From contig JBKUYM010000001.1 of the NCBI GenBank assembly GCA_046964515.1, forward strand, positions 202,124 to 266,123: DNA of 64,000 nt. Reading direction: 5' to 3'. The notes below the pieces were generated by a model. It had not been told where the DNA came from, did not search any database, and was given only the letters and a program-made list of their open reading frames with translations. Source of the stretch: Clostridia bacterium. GTDB lineage: Bacteria; Bacillota; Clostridia; TANB77; CAG-508. This document shows positions 10,841-22,902 of the stretch, one piece after another (position 1 is the first letter of the stretch; each line of letters begins with the position of its first letter). The translations under genes and the position numbers were made by a program.

Positions 10841-11447
10841 CTATTATAATTTCATCTTTTTCATTGACATAAGCGTAATTATGCATCTGTGTATCTTCTT
10901 GCTTTTCTATTTCCTTTATTATATTAGAAATACGAATTTGTGGACTTTCTATTTCTCCTGCTGCTATGATGGCTTGTTTATTTCCTTTTGCTCCTGCGTG
11001 TGCTAATCCTCTTAAACTACCTAATACTACAATATTTTCTCCAGCTACTACTTCTGCTCCGCCATTTACATCTCCTAAGATTACAATACTGCCTTCGTAT
11101 TCTATTTTTTGCCCTGAACGAAGAGAACCTTTTTGAAATTTTGTCTCTGAAGAGGCTATTTCTTTGTTAAATGTTTTCTTGATACCGTGTAATCCCAACA
11201 TCTTAGGGCTTTCAAATTCTATATTGACATCTACTTCTTCTTTAATCACCTTCTGTATTTCGTCCATTTCTTTATTTTTCATTACCTTTCCTATCACATA
11301 GATTGGTGTCTTGTCATTTTTATAAAGTTTTTTTAAGTCTTCCATTTTTTTCTTTAAACATTCTATGATTTCTTTTTGTTCTGCCTCTTCACTAATTTTT
11401 ACTAAAATTTCGTCTTTTCTTAATTGAATGGTTACACAATTTTTCAT
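10836..11447 (-). CDS. minC: Septum site-determining protein MinC
   Basis: C-terminal beta-helix domain SGQKIEYEGSIVILGDVNGGAEVVAGENIVVLGSLRGLAHAG is typical of MinC. Probable start is the second Met (MKNCV) with RBS AGAGGA; the ORF track starts 9 nt earlier at 11456. Confidence 0.75.
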   Translation of the reverse strand: MKNCVTIQLRKDEILVKISEEAEQKEIIECLKKKMEDLKKLYKNDKTPIYVIGKVMKNKEMDEIQKVIKEEVDVNIEFESPKMLGLHGIKKTFNKEIASSETKFQKGSLRSGQKIEYEGSIVILGDVNGGAEVVAGENIVVLGSLRGLAHAGAKGNKQAIIAAGEIESPQIRISNIIKEIEKQEDTQMHNYAYVNEKDEIIIE

Positions 11448-11497
11448 ATTTAACATCCTCTTTCTTTATTATCTAAAACCGTTATTGCTTTTGATAA

Positions 11498-13610
11498 TTA
11501 ATTTACAATCTCTACATTAGGAATTGCTGTCATATTTTCTGTTACTTTATTGGCATTCATTCCAAAGTATTCTGCGATGATATCCCTTGCTGGCTCTGCT
11601 GCATAACTTCCATGTTGTCCGTTTTCTATCATTACAACTACTGCAATTTCTGGATCATCGTAAGGTGCGAATCCAACAAACCATGCATTAGTAACACCTT
11701 TTTTTCCTGTTTGTGCAGATCCTGTTTTTCCACCTACTTCTATATTAAAGTTTTTAAAGATAGAATAGGCAGTTCCTCCAGATTCTGTTGTAACACCTTT
11801 CATTCCTTCTAATACTGCATTTAAATTTTCTTGTTTAAAGGTTACCTTTTCAGAAGTGTCTTCTTCAATTCCTAATCTTTGTTTTACAAATTCTTCAATT
11901 TCTTCTTTTGGTAATTCATTGCCATTGGCATCTATTACAGATTTGATAATAGATACATCTACATCTTTTCCTCCATTTGCTAACATACTTGTGTATTTAG
12001 CCATTTGTAATGTCGTAAAGCTATTATTCCCCTGTCCTATAGCAGCTGGTAAAATATCTCCACCATTCCATGTCTGACCTAATGATTTAGAAGTTTCTGG
12101 GCTTGCTACATAGCCTGCTTCTTCCCCTAGTAGTTCTATTCCTGTTTTCTTTCCTAATCCTAATGCTCTTGTATATTTTGCTAGTGTTTGTATTCCTACA
12201 CGATTACCTACTTCATAGAAGAAATAATTGCAAGAATGAATGATAGCATTGGTTACATTTAAGTAGCCATGTCCTCTTCCGTAAGATTGGTATATCCAAC
12301 ATTTTGGATTATAGTCTGATGAAAAACGGTATATACCAACATCATTAATTTTTTCTTTTATCGTAATCTTTTCTGATTCCAATCCTGCAATGGCAGTTAC
12401 CATTTTAAAGGTAGACCCTGGTGAAGATGGTGAGGAGATGGCTCTATTTACAAAAGGATGGTTTTTAGCATATTCGGATGTTTCTTCTGATGTATAGTAA
12501 TTCCACTTGTCTGTACTAATTCCATTTGTAAAGTCACTTGGATCAAAATCCGGATAGCTCGCCATAGCTAAGACTTCGCCTGTTTTAACGTTCATAACGA
12601 CTGCCGAACCACCTGTTACATTTACCTTTTCGGTTTGTGTAATTTTATCAATGCTACTTTTTAAGGCTGTTTGTGTTACTTTTTGTAAATTAGCATCTAT
12701 GGTAAGTGCTACATCGTTTCCTGCTACAGCCTCTTTAGAGACATATTCATCGGTTACGGTTCCATCTACGGCCATATCAATTTGTTTAATGCCGTCTTTT
12801 CCTTTTAAATATGGTTCAAATATATATTCAATCCCTGTTTTTCCTATATTATCATTGGCATTATAGATATTTTCTTTTCCTTCTAATTCTTTTTCTCCAA
12901 TTCTACTAACATATCCTAAAATATGAGAAGCTAAGTTTCCAGAAGTATAATTTCTAATTGGTTCTACTGTCAAATTAACCCCTGGAAATTCTGCATTTCG
13001 TTCACTTAATTGTGCTAAGCTATTTTCACTAATATTACTTGCTAACTTTACAGAATTGGTATTGCTATAGCCATTTTTGCTAATTGCATAGCGCAAAGTC
13101 ATTATTTTTCTTGCTTCTTCTATATTTTCATTTTCTATTTTATATTTTTCTTTTAAGCTATAAAAGCTCTCTTCTGCTGTTTTATTTTCTTCTATGGCAT
13201 TTTGTTTTTTCCAATTAATAGCGGATTCTTCCCCTATAGAGAAAGCAAATGGATTTATACGGATGGGCAACTCATCTAAATAAGAATCCCCATTTTTTTC
13301 TAACAATTGTGCAATTTTTAGTAAAGTTTCATTTAATGTTTGTGTATCTACTTTACTTTTATACAATTCTAGATTGGTTCCAGCAGTTGTACTAGCTAAT
13401 TTATTCCCGCGATTGATCTAATATATTGCCCCTCGCTGCTTTTAAAACACTCTCTCTTGTTAGCCTAGTATTGGATTGTTCTCTATATTCTGCTCCATGA
13501 ATAATTTGGAGGTTAAACAATTGAATTAATAAGACAATGCCGATTATGTATATGATTGCAGATGCTATATTATAACGAACTTTTAATCGATTTGTATTTT
13601 GTGAATTCAA
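11498..13610 (-). pseudogene. mrdA: Penicillin-binding protein 2 (class B transpeptidase), reading frame broken by +1 shift at 13407-13409
   Basis: C-terminal ORF (11498..13366) has SxxK (STFK), SxN (SCN) and KTG motifs. N-terminal ORF (13401..13610) encodes the membrane anchor plus RGNILD. The two frames overlap; deleting the C of the CGG codon gives the contiguous ...RGNILDQSGNKLASTTAGTNLE.... Confidence 0.8.
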
Positions 13611-13637
13611 TTAACCACCTCCTTTTTTCTATATCTT

Positions 13638-14171
13638 TTAAAAATATCTAGTTAGTATGTTTTGACCTTTGAAGGTATCTTCTAATTGATAACCTATTTT
13701 TTGAATACCTGGATATACAATAATGGTTAGAAGCGTATTATATATTACTTCTATACATAAAGTTTTTATAAACGGTAAGATTTCTATAGAATTCCCCAAC
13801 TGTATAATGGAAAATACATAATTTCCTATTTCATATAAACAAGTACTTCCCATAACCATTAGCATAATCGTTATACGACTTTCTTTTGAAAAGTTTTTAT
13901 CAAAATAGCCCCCTAAAAATCCAACAATGCCTAACATAATCATACTAGCTGCAACATTTTTTCCAATTAGAATTTCCAATAAAAAACCACCAATTAACCC
14001 ACAGATGATTCCTATTTTTCTTCCAGCATATAGGCCAATAAATAGAATTAATAAAATAAATAAGTTTGGCTTAATGCCAGCAATTGTAAACCAACTAAAA
14101 AAGTTGGCTTGTAAAAAATATAGAATTAAAAATGTTATAACTATTAAGCTAATTGCAATTGCCTTTTTCAC
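13638..14171 (-). CDS. mreD: Rod shape-determining protein MreD
   Basis: 177 aa polytopic membrane protein lying between mreC and PBP2, the conserved operon position. Confidence 0.65.
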   Translation of the reverse strand: MKKAIAISLIVITFLILYFLQANFFSWFTIAGIKPNLFILLILFIGLYAGRKIGIICGLIGGFLLEILIGKNVAASMIMLGIVGFLGGYFDKNFSKESRITIMLMVMGSTCLYEIGNYVFSIIQLGNSIEILPFIKTLCIEVIYNTLLTIIVYPGIQKIGYQLEDTFKGQNILTRYF

Positions 14172-14193
14172 CTATCCATCCTTCTTTTTTATT

Positions 14194-15006
14194 TTATTTA
14201 ATAACTAATACCGTTTCTACTTTTGAAAAATCTACTGCCGTTTCTATTGTTGCATATCGATCCGTTATATTCTTGGTATTGGTTACTTCTTTTATCGTTC
14301 CTATTAAGATGCCTTTTGGATAGATACCACCTAATCCAGAAGTTTCTACAGTATCGCCTTGGAGAAGTGTTGCTTCTGTAGGAATATAGGTTGCTTTTAA
14401 AGTAGATTTTGCTTCTAAAGTTCCTCTTGCTATAATGGTATCTCGAGAAGTCGTAATGGTACAACTAATGGTACTCGAAGTATCTATAATCGTTTGTACT
14501 TTAGCTGTACTTTCTGTTACAGATAAAATATGACCTACTAACCCTTGGTCAGATATAACTGGCATATTCACTTCTATACCATCTTTACTGCCCACATTAA
14601 TCACCATAATTTCACTATAATTACTAATATCTCTATTAATCACATACGCTGGAACTGTATTGTATTGTGTATATTTATCCTTTAAATTAACATATTCTTT
14701 TAGGGTAGCATTTTCTGATTTTATAATTTCTAATTCTCTTAGAGATTGCTCTAATTCACTATTTTTTTTCTTTAAATCTTCATTTTCTTGTTTTAGATTA
14801 TTAATATCTGTAAAGAATGTATTATTCCCCACTATTTTATTTTTTAAATAGGTTAATCCATTTTGAATCGGCATTACTAAAGTTCCTACCGCTGTTTCAA
14901 TATAGGATAGCTGATTGGTGGTGATGTTGGACAATACGACAATAATAATTAAAACGATAATGGTAATGATAACGCCTGCTATTCCTGTTTTTTTTGCCTT
15001 ATGCAT
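14194..15006 (-). CDS. mreC: Rod shape-determining protein MreC
   Basis: N-terminal TM and coiled coil (ENEDLKKKNSELEQSLRELE); C-terminal beta domain with GLVGHILSV and GLGGIYPKGILIGTI motifs. Confidence 0.8.
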   Translation of the reverse strand: MHKAKKTGIAGVIITIIVLIIIVVLSNITTNQLSYIETAVGTLVMPIQNGLTYLKNKIVGNNTFFTDINNLKQENEDLKKKNSELEQSLRELEIIKSENATLKEYVNLKDKYTQYNTVPAYVINRDISNYSEIMVINVGSKDGIEVNMPVISDQGLVGHILSVTESTAKVQTIIDTSSTISCTITTSRDTIIARGTLEAKSTLKATYIPTEATLLQGDTVETSGLGGIYPKGILIGTIKEVTNTKNITDRYATIETAVDFSKVETVLVIK

Positions 15007-15031
15007 CTTTTTTCCACCTTTCTTCTTTGTT

Positions 15032-16091
<1,060 letters not shown>

Positions 16092-16135
16092 CTATTTAGA
16101 TTTTTATGGTTCTACCTATAAACCTTCTTTCTTTT

Positions 16136-16843
16136 TTATTTTCTTTCGTTTTGCCCTATTCTTCGGATTAGAAAAATACTTGTAAATTTTCCGTCACCAA
16201 TTACAATATGGTCTAATAACTGTATGCCCAACAACTGTGATGCTTTTTCCATTTTCTGTGTAAGTTCCATATCTGCTTTACTCGGTGTTGGATCACCACT
16301 TGGATGATTATGCACTAAAATAATTTTAGGGATTCCCATTTTCACCGCATCTACCAGTACATCTTTTGGCTCTATAACAGCCAATGAAGTAGAACCTACG
16401 CCTACCTCTATGATTTTTTGTACTATATTTTTTGTATTTAATAAAATAACTTTTACGACTTCTCTTTTTTCATACCTTAGTTCTTCCATCATTAATTTTG
16501 CAATATCTTCTGGAAAAGTAATGGTACAATTCAAGTCATGAATTGGTCTTGCCATTCGCTTTGCTAATTCACACATAGCTTTTAATTGAATTGCTTTTAC
16601 TTTTCCAATTCCCTTTATTTGCATAAATTCTTCAATGGAAATTTCTTGTAAAAAACGTAAATTCTCTTCCTCTTTTGTGTTTTGCATAGTTAGTACTTTT
16701 TGTGCTAATTCAACTGCTGTTTCTTCTTGTGTTCCTGTTTTAATAATAATAGCTAATAATTCTGAATTTGATAAAAACTTGGCACCATACATTTGCATTT
16801 TTTCGTATGGTCTTTCTGAGTTAGGAAGTTCTTTTAGTTTCAT
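16136..16843 (-). CDS. radC: RadC-like JAB/MPN domain protein (UPF0758)
   Basis: HhH N-terminus; C-terminal VHNHPSGDPTPSKADMELT JAMM motif; conserved position upstream of mreB. Confidence 0.85.
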   Translation of the reverse strand: MKLKELPNSERPYEKMQMYGAKFLSNSELLAIIIKTGTQEETAVELAQKVLTMQNTKEEENLRFLQEISIEEFMQIKGIGKVKAIQLKAMCELAKRMARPIHDLNCTITFPEDIAKLMMEELRYEKREVVKVILLNTKNIVQKIIEVGVGSTSLAVIEPKDVLVDAVKMGIPKIILVHNHPSGDPTPSKADMELTQKMEKASQLLGIQLLDHIVIGDGKFTSIFLIRRIGQNERK

Positions 16844-16895
16844 ATCCTATACTATCCTTTCCTAAGCCCCTATTTTTATCCTCCTTTTTCTATAC

Positions 16896-17153
16896 TTACA
16901 TTTTTTTATAAATAAAAATGGCAATAATCATACCTATGATACTTGCTACATTAATTTTAAACATCAGTCCAAAAGAGATTTGCACAATATTTAAATCTAA
17001 TTCTAATGGTGTAGCTAGTCCAAAATTTTGGCCATAAGATAACCACCATAAAAAATCTATATTTTTGGTAAATTCTCCTAATAGGCCTCCTATTACTAAT
17101 CCCGATAAAATGAATATTGTTAAAATCCATATATTTTTTTCTCTTGTTGCCAT
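16896..17153 (-). CDS. Small membrane protein (DUF4321-like)
   Basis: 85 aa with two hydrophobic helices; the overlapping alternative ORF 16957..17211 is judged spurious. Confidence 0.45.
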   Translation of the reverse strand: MATREKNIWILTIFILSGLVIGGLLGEFTKNIDFLWWLSYGQNFGLATPLELDLNIVQISFGLMFKINVASIIGMIIAIFIYKKM

Positions 17154-17379
17154 CTGTTTTATTCCTTCTTTCTAAATTGCCCCCAAAGACCGCAATTTTC
17201 ATTTGTTTCATCGGATTCTATTATATATGTAAATTGCTTTTTTTTCAAGTCATATCTATGAAAATTTTTCCAATTTTATTGGTTTTTTTCTTCTTTTCCT
17301 CTTTTCTTTTTTTATTGGCTGTGATATAGTTAATAGTACGTTTTTGGCGATGTTGTCATATACTATATTAATTACCAGA

Positions 17380-17418
17380 AATTGTTCGTTTTCTTTTAAA
17401 GCGAGCGGTGTTATAATA
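17380..17418 (+). promoter_or_regulatory. Candidate extended -10 promoter (TGtTATAAT) for mecA
   Basis: TGTTATAAT at 17409-17417, about 30 nt upstream of the RBS TTAGGAGGC and the ATG at 17447; the -35 is weak. Confidence 0.35.
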
Positions 17419-17446
17419 GTTATAGAATCTGTTAGGAGGCTATTAC

Positions 17447-18070
17447 ATGCGATTTGAAAAATTAAATGAAAATAAAATAAGAATTACCTTAAGCAATCAA
17501 GATTTGGAAGAAAAGCATATTGATTTTCATTCTTTTATGTCCAATTCTTTAGAATCCCAAGATTTATTTTTTGATATGTTAAATGAAGCTGAAAAAGAAA
17601 TTGGCTTTGTTACAAAAGATTATCGTATTCGTATTGAAGCTTTTGCTATGTCTGGTGGGGATTTTATTGTAACCGTTACTAGAAGTTTACCGGAATCTGA
17701 GAAAATGCCTATTCGAAAAAAAGTAAAAATAAAAAGAAAAAAGACAGCTATTGAATCTACGCAGGCATTGTATGCTTTTCGTAGTTTAGAAGATTTTTAT
17801 TCTTTTTTAGATTTTTTAAAAAATCACCACTTTTCATTAAACTCTATTGCTAAGAAAATGGCTCTTTATGCTTATAAAGATAATTATTACTTCGTACTAC
17901 AGGATATTTGTATACAAGAAGTTGCTTTAAAGAAATTATTTTCTATTATTACTGAGTTTGGTAGTTACGTTCATCATTCTGAACTTTTCATTAGAAAATT
18001 AGTAGAATGTGGTGAACTTGTTGTTAAAAATAGCACTATACATAATTTTATGAAAATTAAAAATATTTAA
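17447..18070 (+). CDS. mecA: Adaptor protein MecA (ClpC adaptor)
   Basis: N-terminal MRFEKLNENKIRITLSNQDLEEKHIDF...LFFDMLNEAEKEIGF matches the MecA N-domain; size 207 aa. Confidence 0.7.
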   Translation: MRFEKLNENKIRITLSNQDLEEKHIDFHSFMSNSLESQDLFFDMLNEAEKEIGFVTKDYRIRIEAFAMSGGDFIVTVTRSLPESEKMPIRKKVKIKRKKTAIESTQALYAFRSLEDFYSFLDFLKNHHFSLNSIAKKMALYAYKDNYYFVLQDICIQEVALKKLFSIITEFGSYVHHSELFIRKLVECGELVVKNSTIHNFMKIKNI

Positions 18071-18105
18071 GAACGTTTTGTTTATATACATTATTTGGGC
18101 ATCAT

Positions 18106-18150
18106 AAAACACTTATTTTATCCGACGAGATAAAATAAGTGTTTTTAATT
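18106..18150. terminator. Bidirectional rho-independent terminator between mecA and the M23 peptidase gene
   Basis: AAAACACTTATTTTA - loop - TAAAATAAGTGTTTT followed by a T-run. Confidence 0.55.
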
Positions 18151-18166
18151 GATTTTTATTTTATAT

Positions 18167-19189
18167 TTAATAAGATACATAGTTTAATGGATTTTGTGCT
18201 ACACCGTTAACTCTTACTTCAAAATGCAAATGATTTCCTGTAGAATCCCCTGTAGAACCTACCGTTGCAATCACTTCTCCTTGAGACACTTTTTGACCAG
18301 TTGTTGCTTTTAAAGAAGAGCAATGTCCATATACTGTTTGCACACCGTTTCCATGAGATATAATGACATAGTTTCCATATCCCCCATTATACCCATATTG
18401 TGAAAGTGTTACGGTTCCTCCTGCTGCAGCTTTAATCGGTGTTCCTTTGGAAGCTCCAATGTCAATTCCTTTATGTCCTCTTCCCCAACGATAACCAAAT
18501 CTTGAAGTTAATACCCCAGATACCGGTCTTATGACGGAAATGCCAAGATTTACTTTTGCTGTGGATGTATTTTGTCCTGTTGCATACATTCCTGCTGTAT
18601 AAGCACTAGTTGCTGTTGCTCTTGCTTTTTGCGTAACCACTACTGGTTTTTCATAAAGAGAAGCTACACAAGTTTCTACTGGTGCAAAATCTTTTAATTC
18701 TGTTTCATATTTTTCTAGTATCCCTAATTTTTCTTTGTTGCTACTATTTTTTTCTTTTAATTCATTAACTACTTTTTCTGCTTCTTCAAAGCTAGCTACA
18801 TAAGATTTTTCTTCATTATTTACAGTAATAGCATAATATTTGTAATAGGTAGTCCCTTGTTCGACTACTTTGTTAAAAATAGCCTCATCATCTGTTTCTA
18901 CATCTTTTTTTGAAAAACATAGTTTATATTGTGGTAAATCATCTATATCCACAAATGCTACATTTTCTTCATTACCCTTTTCTATGTATGCATTAATTTT
19001 TTCTTGCAATTGGCTTTTGTTTTCACTATATCCTATAATTTCACCATTTAAGCTAACACTATATACTGGTTTGTAAAAAACAGATATCGCCCCTACAATA
19101 AAAAAAGCTGCTATTACAATTAGTATCGTAAATTTTGTCCAAGTCCTTACGTGAACTAGTGTCTTTTTTATTTTACTAATTTTTAACAC
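18167..19189 (-). CDS. Membrane-anchored M23 family (LytM-type) peptidase
   Basis: N-terminal TM; C-terminal GRGHKGIDIGA...GNYVIISHGNGVQTVYGHCS...GNHLHFEV with the HxxxD and HxH zinc motifs. Confidence 0.8.
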   Translation of the reverse strand: MLKISKIKKTLVHVRTWTKFTILIVIAAFFIVGAISVFYKPVYSVSLNGEIIGYSENKSQLQEKINAYIEKGNEENVAFVDIDDLPQYKLCFSKKDVETDDEAIFNKVVEQGTTYYKYYAITVNNEEKSYVASFEEAEKVVNELKEKNSSNKEKLGILEKYETELKDFAPVETCVASLYEKPVVVTQKARATATSAYTAGMYATGQNTSTAKVNLGISVIRPVSGVLTSRFGYRWGRGHKGIDIGASKGTPIKAAAGGTVTLSQYGYNGGYGNYVIISHGNGVQTVYGHCSSLKATTGQKVSQGEVIATVGSTGDSTGNHLHFEVRVNGVAQNPLNYVSY

Positions 19190-19365
19190 TCCCTATCTTT
19201 CTATATTGTGCTTATTTTATCCTACTCTCTCCTTTTTCACAATTCTCGTATAACTCTAAAATCTTCTATTTTGATTAATTGTTTACTTATATCTCTTTTT
19301 CTTTCCGTTATGCTCTGTTTTTCTTTCCAAATTATAAAAACTTCCTTACGGAAGCTTTCTGTTTC

Positions 19366-19611
19366 TTATTGTTGTAATTCATTTTTGACAGTTTGAATTT
19401 CTGTTACGGTTGCTTGTGCAGCTGGTTTATAATACCCTTTTGTTTCTGCCACTTTAAATAGCTCATATTGAAAACTTTCATCGCTATTTCTCATTTGTTG
19501 AATGGTTTGTCTTAGTTGCATATTTTCTGCTTCTGAAATAACGCCTTGGTACGTTGTTAAGCTTGCTTTTACACTATTTAAAATATCATTTACCATTGTT
19601 TTTTCGTCCAT
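19366..19611 (-). CDS. Spore coat protein F-like (Coat_F domain) small protein
   Basis: 81 aa; DILNSVKASLTTYQGVISEA pattern typical of Coat F family proteins. Confidence 0.45.
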   Translation of the reverse strand: MDEKTMVNDILNSVKASLTTYQGVISEAENMQLRQTIQQMRNSDESFQYELFKVAETKGYYKPAAQATVTEIQTVKNELQQ

Positions 19612-19647
19612 GTACTTTTTCCTCCTTACTTTTTAGTTCCTTATTTT

Positions 19648-19836
19648 CTAATTATTTAGAAAAGACATTAATTTTTGTTTTGCATTTAAGGCATCTTGGG
19701 CTGATTTTGTAAACATTTGCTTAATTTGTGGATCAACCGCTTGAGAGGCATAGGTATTTAATTTTTGATAAGATGTTTCGTGTGCCCCAATTAAATGTCT
19801 TAAATTTTGAAGCTCGACTTGACTTAAATTTGCCAT
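19648..19836 (-). CDS. Small Coat_F-like/spore coat associated protein
   Basis: 62 aa helical protein adjacent to the other coat-F-like gene. Confidence 0.4.
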   Translation of the reverse strand: MANLSQVELQNLRHLIGAHETSYQKLNTYASQAVDPQIKQMFTKSAQDALNAKQKLMSFLNN

Positions 19837-19911
19837 ATTTATCCTTCCTTTCTTTTCCTATTTATTTTTATTATGAACGATTTTTTTCTTTTTATACTTT
19901 GAAAAAGAAAA

Positions 19912-19938
19912 AAAGAGAATGAAAATGCATTCTCTCTA
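19912..19938. terminator. Rho-independent terminator downstream of the nucleotidase gene
   Basis: AGAGAATG-AAAA-CATTCTCT hairpin with a flanking T-run on the minus strand. Confidence 0.4.
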
Positions 19939-20493
19939 TAATAATATGGCTTCTATTTCCTTCCAGTTATCTGCTCTGGTAATTCCTTGATTATCTAACG
20001 CTTCTAGCGTTATGTTCTTATTATGATAGGCTGTAAATAATATTTTTTTCTCCGAAGCATTTTCTAAATGTCTTACAATATCATCTATTTTAATTTCAGC
20101 ATGTACAAAATCTTTTACAGCACCAAATACAAATTGTTTAGGTGTTAGAAATGGTAGATTTTCATATAAATAATAGAATTTATTTCGTAGGTTTTCACCT
20201 GCGTAATGTGGACATTCTGGATAAATAAAATCGGTTATAATATAGACTTCATATTTTTTATTTAATTGTTCTATTACTTGCTTTGCCTCTGGTAATAATG
20301 TTACATAGTCATACACATTCTTTTTAGAAAAAAATTGTTTCCATTCTTCTTGTTTTTCCTCTGGTATCATTTGTTGTATATAATAGCTAGGAATATCTTC
20401 TGGCGTATAACTAGTATTTAGAAAAGTATTTACTAGTTTCAAAAAACCGCCTCCACAAATAACATCATCCATATCTATCATCAATCTTTTCAT
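19936..20493 (-). CDS. HAD-family 5'(3')-deoxyribonucleotidase
   Basis: N-terminal MIDMDDVI (DxDxV HAD motif I); about 185 aa, as in YorS/NT5C-like enzymes. Confidence 0.7.
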   Translation of the reverse strand: MKRLMIDMDDVICGGGFLKLVNTFLNTSYTPEDIPSYYIQQMIPEEKQEEWKQFFSKKNVYDYVTLLPEAKQVIEQLNKKYEVYIITDFIYPECPHYAGENLRNKFYYLYENLPFLTPKQFVFGAVKDFVHAEIKIDDIVRHLENASEKKILFTAYHNKNITLEALDNQGITRADNWKEIEAILL

Positions 20494-20504
20494 TTTCTAC
20501 CTCT

Positions 20505-22838
20505 TTATTCTACAATTTCTAATCCTGCAAATTTTGCCATTAATCTTTTATGCCCTGCTTTGTCAAATTGAATATCTACTTTTAAATCGTCTCCTTCTTG
20601 TTCTATCATTTGTATGATTCCTTCTCCAAACTTTTTATGATATACACGTTGTCCTTCCTTATATTGTGTTTTATCAAAATTTTCTTTTGGTTTTTGAATA
20701 CTATTTAGGAAACTTTCCGCGGTTCTAAAGGCAAATCCTTGTGTGGTATTTGTTTGTTCCTTCTGGATAGCCACTTTACTTGCTGCTACAGCTACACCTG
20801 CTGTTTCTCCAAATTTGTAAGTCTTTACTTTGCCTGCATAATTTTTACCATATTCCCATCCGTAACTACTATCTTTAAAGGCTTCTTGGGATTGTCTATT
20901 ATCTGTCTCCATTTCTTCGTAGCCTTCTAATAGTTCTTCTGGTATTTCTTTTACAAACCTAGAAATAGCATTATAGCTAGTAGAACCAAATATAGTTCTA
21001 CGTTTAGCACAAGTTAGAAATAACTTTTTCTTTGCTCGGGTAATTCCTACATAAAACAAACGTCTTTCCTCTTCTAATTCTTTTGGTTCTCCTATAGACT
21101 GATAGCCAGGGAAAATGCCTTCTTCCATTCCAACCAAAAATACCGCTGGAAATTCTAATCCTTTCGCACTATGTAGAGTCATTAAGGTTACCATATCATC
21201 TGTCTGTTCTAAATTGTCTATATCACTAGATAAAGTAATGCTTTCTAAAAAATCATTTAATGAATTTTCTGCAAATTCTTCTTCGAATTCCATAGCAACC
21301 GTTACTAATTCTTCTAAGTTTTGTATTCTGCTTTCTGCTTCTATGGTATTTTCTAATTCCAATGCTTTCGTATAGCCTGTTTTATTTAATGTTTCTTTTA
21401 ATAATTCGGAAATTAGGACACTTTCTTTTTTGTTTCTTAATTCTTCCATGATTTCTATAAATTCTTTTGCATTTAAAAAGACTCTGTTTAATCCGTATTG
21501 TTCTGCATGTTTTATGATTTCATACATGGATGTGCCTTGTTCTTGTGCAATAGCTTGTATATTATCTATGCTTGTTTTGCCTATACCTCTTTTAGGCTCA
21601 TTAATGATTCTTTTTAAAGAAATATTATCTGCAGGGTTTGCAATTAGACGTAAGTAACTAATAGCATCTTTTATTTCTTTTCTTTCATAGAATTTTAATC
21701 CTCCAATAATTTTATAAGGTATATCTTCTCTTCTTAAGATATCTTCTATTGCTCTGGATTGTGAGTTCATACGATATAGAACGGCAAAATCAGAATAATG
21801 ATCTAATTCTTCTCTTTTTAAATGATTGATTTGTTCGATTATATATCTTGCTTCATCATATTCATCGTCTCCTTGATAAATACATGGCAAACTGCCTTCT
21901 CCATTTTCTGTCCATAATTTTTTATCATATTTTGCTTCATTATGTTTGATAACACTATTGGCCGCTTTTAAGATATTTCCTGTACATCTATAATTTTGTT
22001 CTAGTTTAATAATATTGGTTCCTGGAAAGTCTTTTTCAAAATTTAAAATATTAGAAATGTCAGCACCTCTAAAACTATAAATGCCTTGGTCATTATCGCC
22101 TACTACTGTAATATTTCCATATTTAGAAGCTAGTATCGTTACTAGGGTAAATTGTGCTTTATTGGTATCTTGATATTCATCTACTAATACATATTTAAAT
22201 TTTTCTGTATAATATTCTAAAATATCTGGATTTTCCGTTAAGATTTTAATGGTATCGTTAATAATATCATCAAAATCAATCGCATTATTTTCCTTTAAAC
22301 GTCTTTGATATAGTTCGTAGATTTCTGCTATTTTGCTTTTTCTATAATCTCCTGCATATTTTACACCATAAGCTTTTGGTTCTAACATTTCATTTTTAGC
22401 ATTACTAATTTCTGCTAATACGCCTTTATCACTAAACAATTTATCATCTATGTTTAAAGATTTCAAACATTCTTTGATTACGGTTTTTTGATCACTTGTA
22501 TCAAAAATCAAAAAGGAATTATCAAATCCAATTCTATCAATAAATTTTCTTAAAATACGTACACAAATAGAATGGAAAGTTCCCATCCAAATATCTTTAG
22601 CAGCATCTCCTACTAAATTTTCTACTCTTTGTTTCATTTCATTGGCAGCTTTATTTGTAAATGTAATAGCCAATATATTCCATGGTAATACATTTTCTTC
22701 TGCCATGAGATACGCTATTTTATGGGTTAATACTTTTGTCTTTCCGCTTCCTGCACCAGCGATTACTAAGCATGGTCCTTGTGTAGCAAGGACTGCTTCT
22801 TTTTGCTTATTATTTAATCCTTCTATTAATTCTTGCAT
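20505..22838 (-). CDS. pcrA: ATP-dependent DNA helicase PcrA/UvrD
   Basis: Walker A AGAGSGKT plus the full SF1 helicase motif set. The ORF track extends to 22901; probable start is MQELIEGL at 22838. Confidence 0.9.
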   Translation of the reverse strand: MQELIEGLNNKQKEAVLATQGPCLVIAGAGSGKTKVLTHKIAYLMAEENVLPWNILAITFTNKAANEMKQRVENLVGDAAKDIWMGTFHSICVRILRKFIDRIGFDNSFLIFDTSDQKTVIKECLKSLNIDDKLFSDKGVLAEISNAKNEMLEPKAYGVKYAGDYRKSKIAEIYELYQRRLKENNAIDFDDIINDTIKILTENPDILEYYTEKFKYVLVDEYQDTNKAQFTLVTILASKYGNITVVGDNDQGIYSFRGADISNILNFEKDFPGTNIIKLEQNYRCTGNILKAANSVIKHNEAKYDKKLWTENGEGSLPCIYQGDDEYDEARYIIEQINHLKREELDHYSDFAVLYRMNSQSRAIEDILRREDIPYKIIGGLKFYERKEIKDAISYLRLIANPADNISLKRIINEPKRGIGKTSIDNIQAIAQEQGTSMYEIIKHAEQYGLNRVFLNAKEFIEIMEELRNKKESVLISELLKETLNKTGYTKALELENTIEAESRIQNLEELVTVAMEFEEEFAENSLNDFLESITLSSDIDNLEQTDDMVTLMTLHSAKGLEFPAVFLVGMEEGIFPGYQSIGEPKELEEERRLFYVGITRAKKKLFLTCAKRRTIFGSTSYNAISRFVKEIPEELLEGYEEMETDNRQSQEAFKDSSYGWEYGKNYAGKVKTYKFGETAGVAVAASKVAIQKEQTNTTQGFAFRTAESFLNSIQKPKENFDKTQYKEGQRVYHKKFGEGIIQMIEQEGDDLKVDIQFDKAGHKRLMAKFAGLEIVE

Positions 22839-22902
22839 ATTCTCTCCTTCTTTAGAACTTTTGTTTGTATCTATTCTATGTCTTTTTTGGTGCTTTGTCA
22901 AT

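Noticed and set aside
16957-17211. Alternative 84-aa minus-strand ORF overlapping the DUF4321-like gene
   Set aside because: It is in a different frame to the better-supported small membrane protein ORF, and its basic low-complexity product has no RBS.
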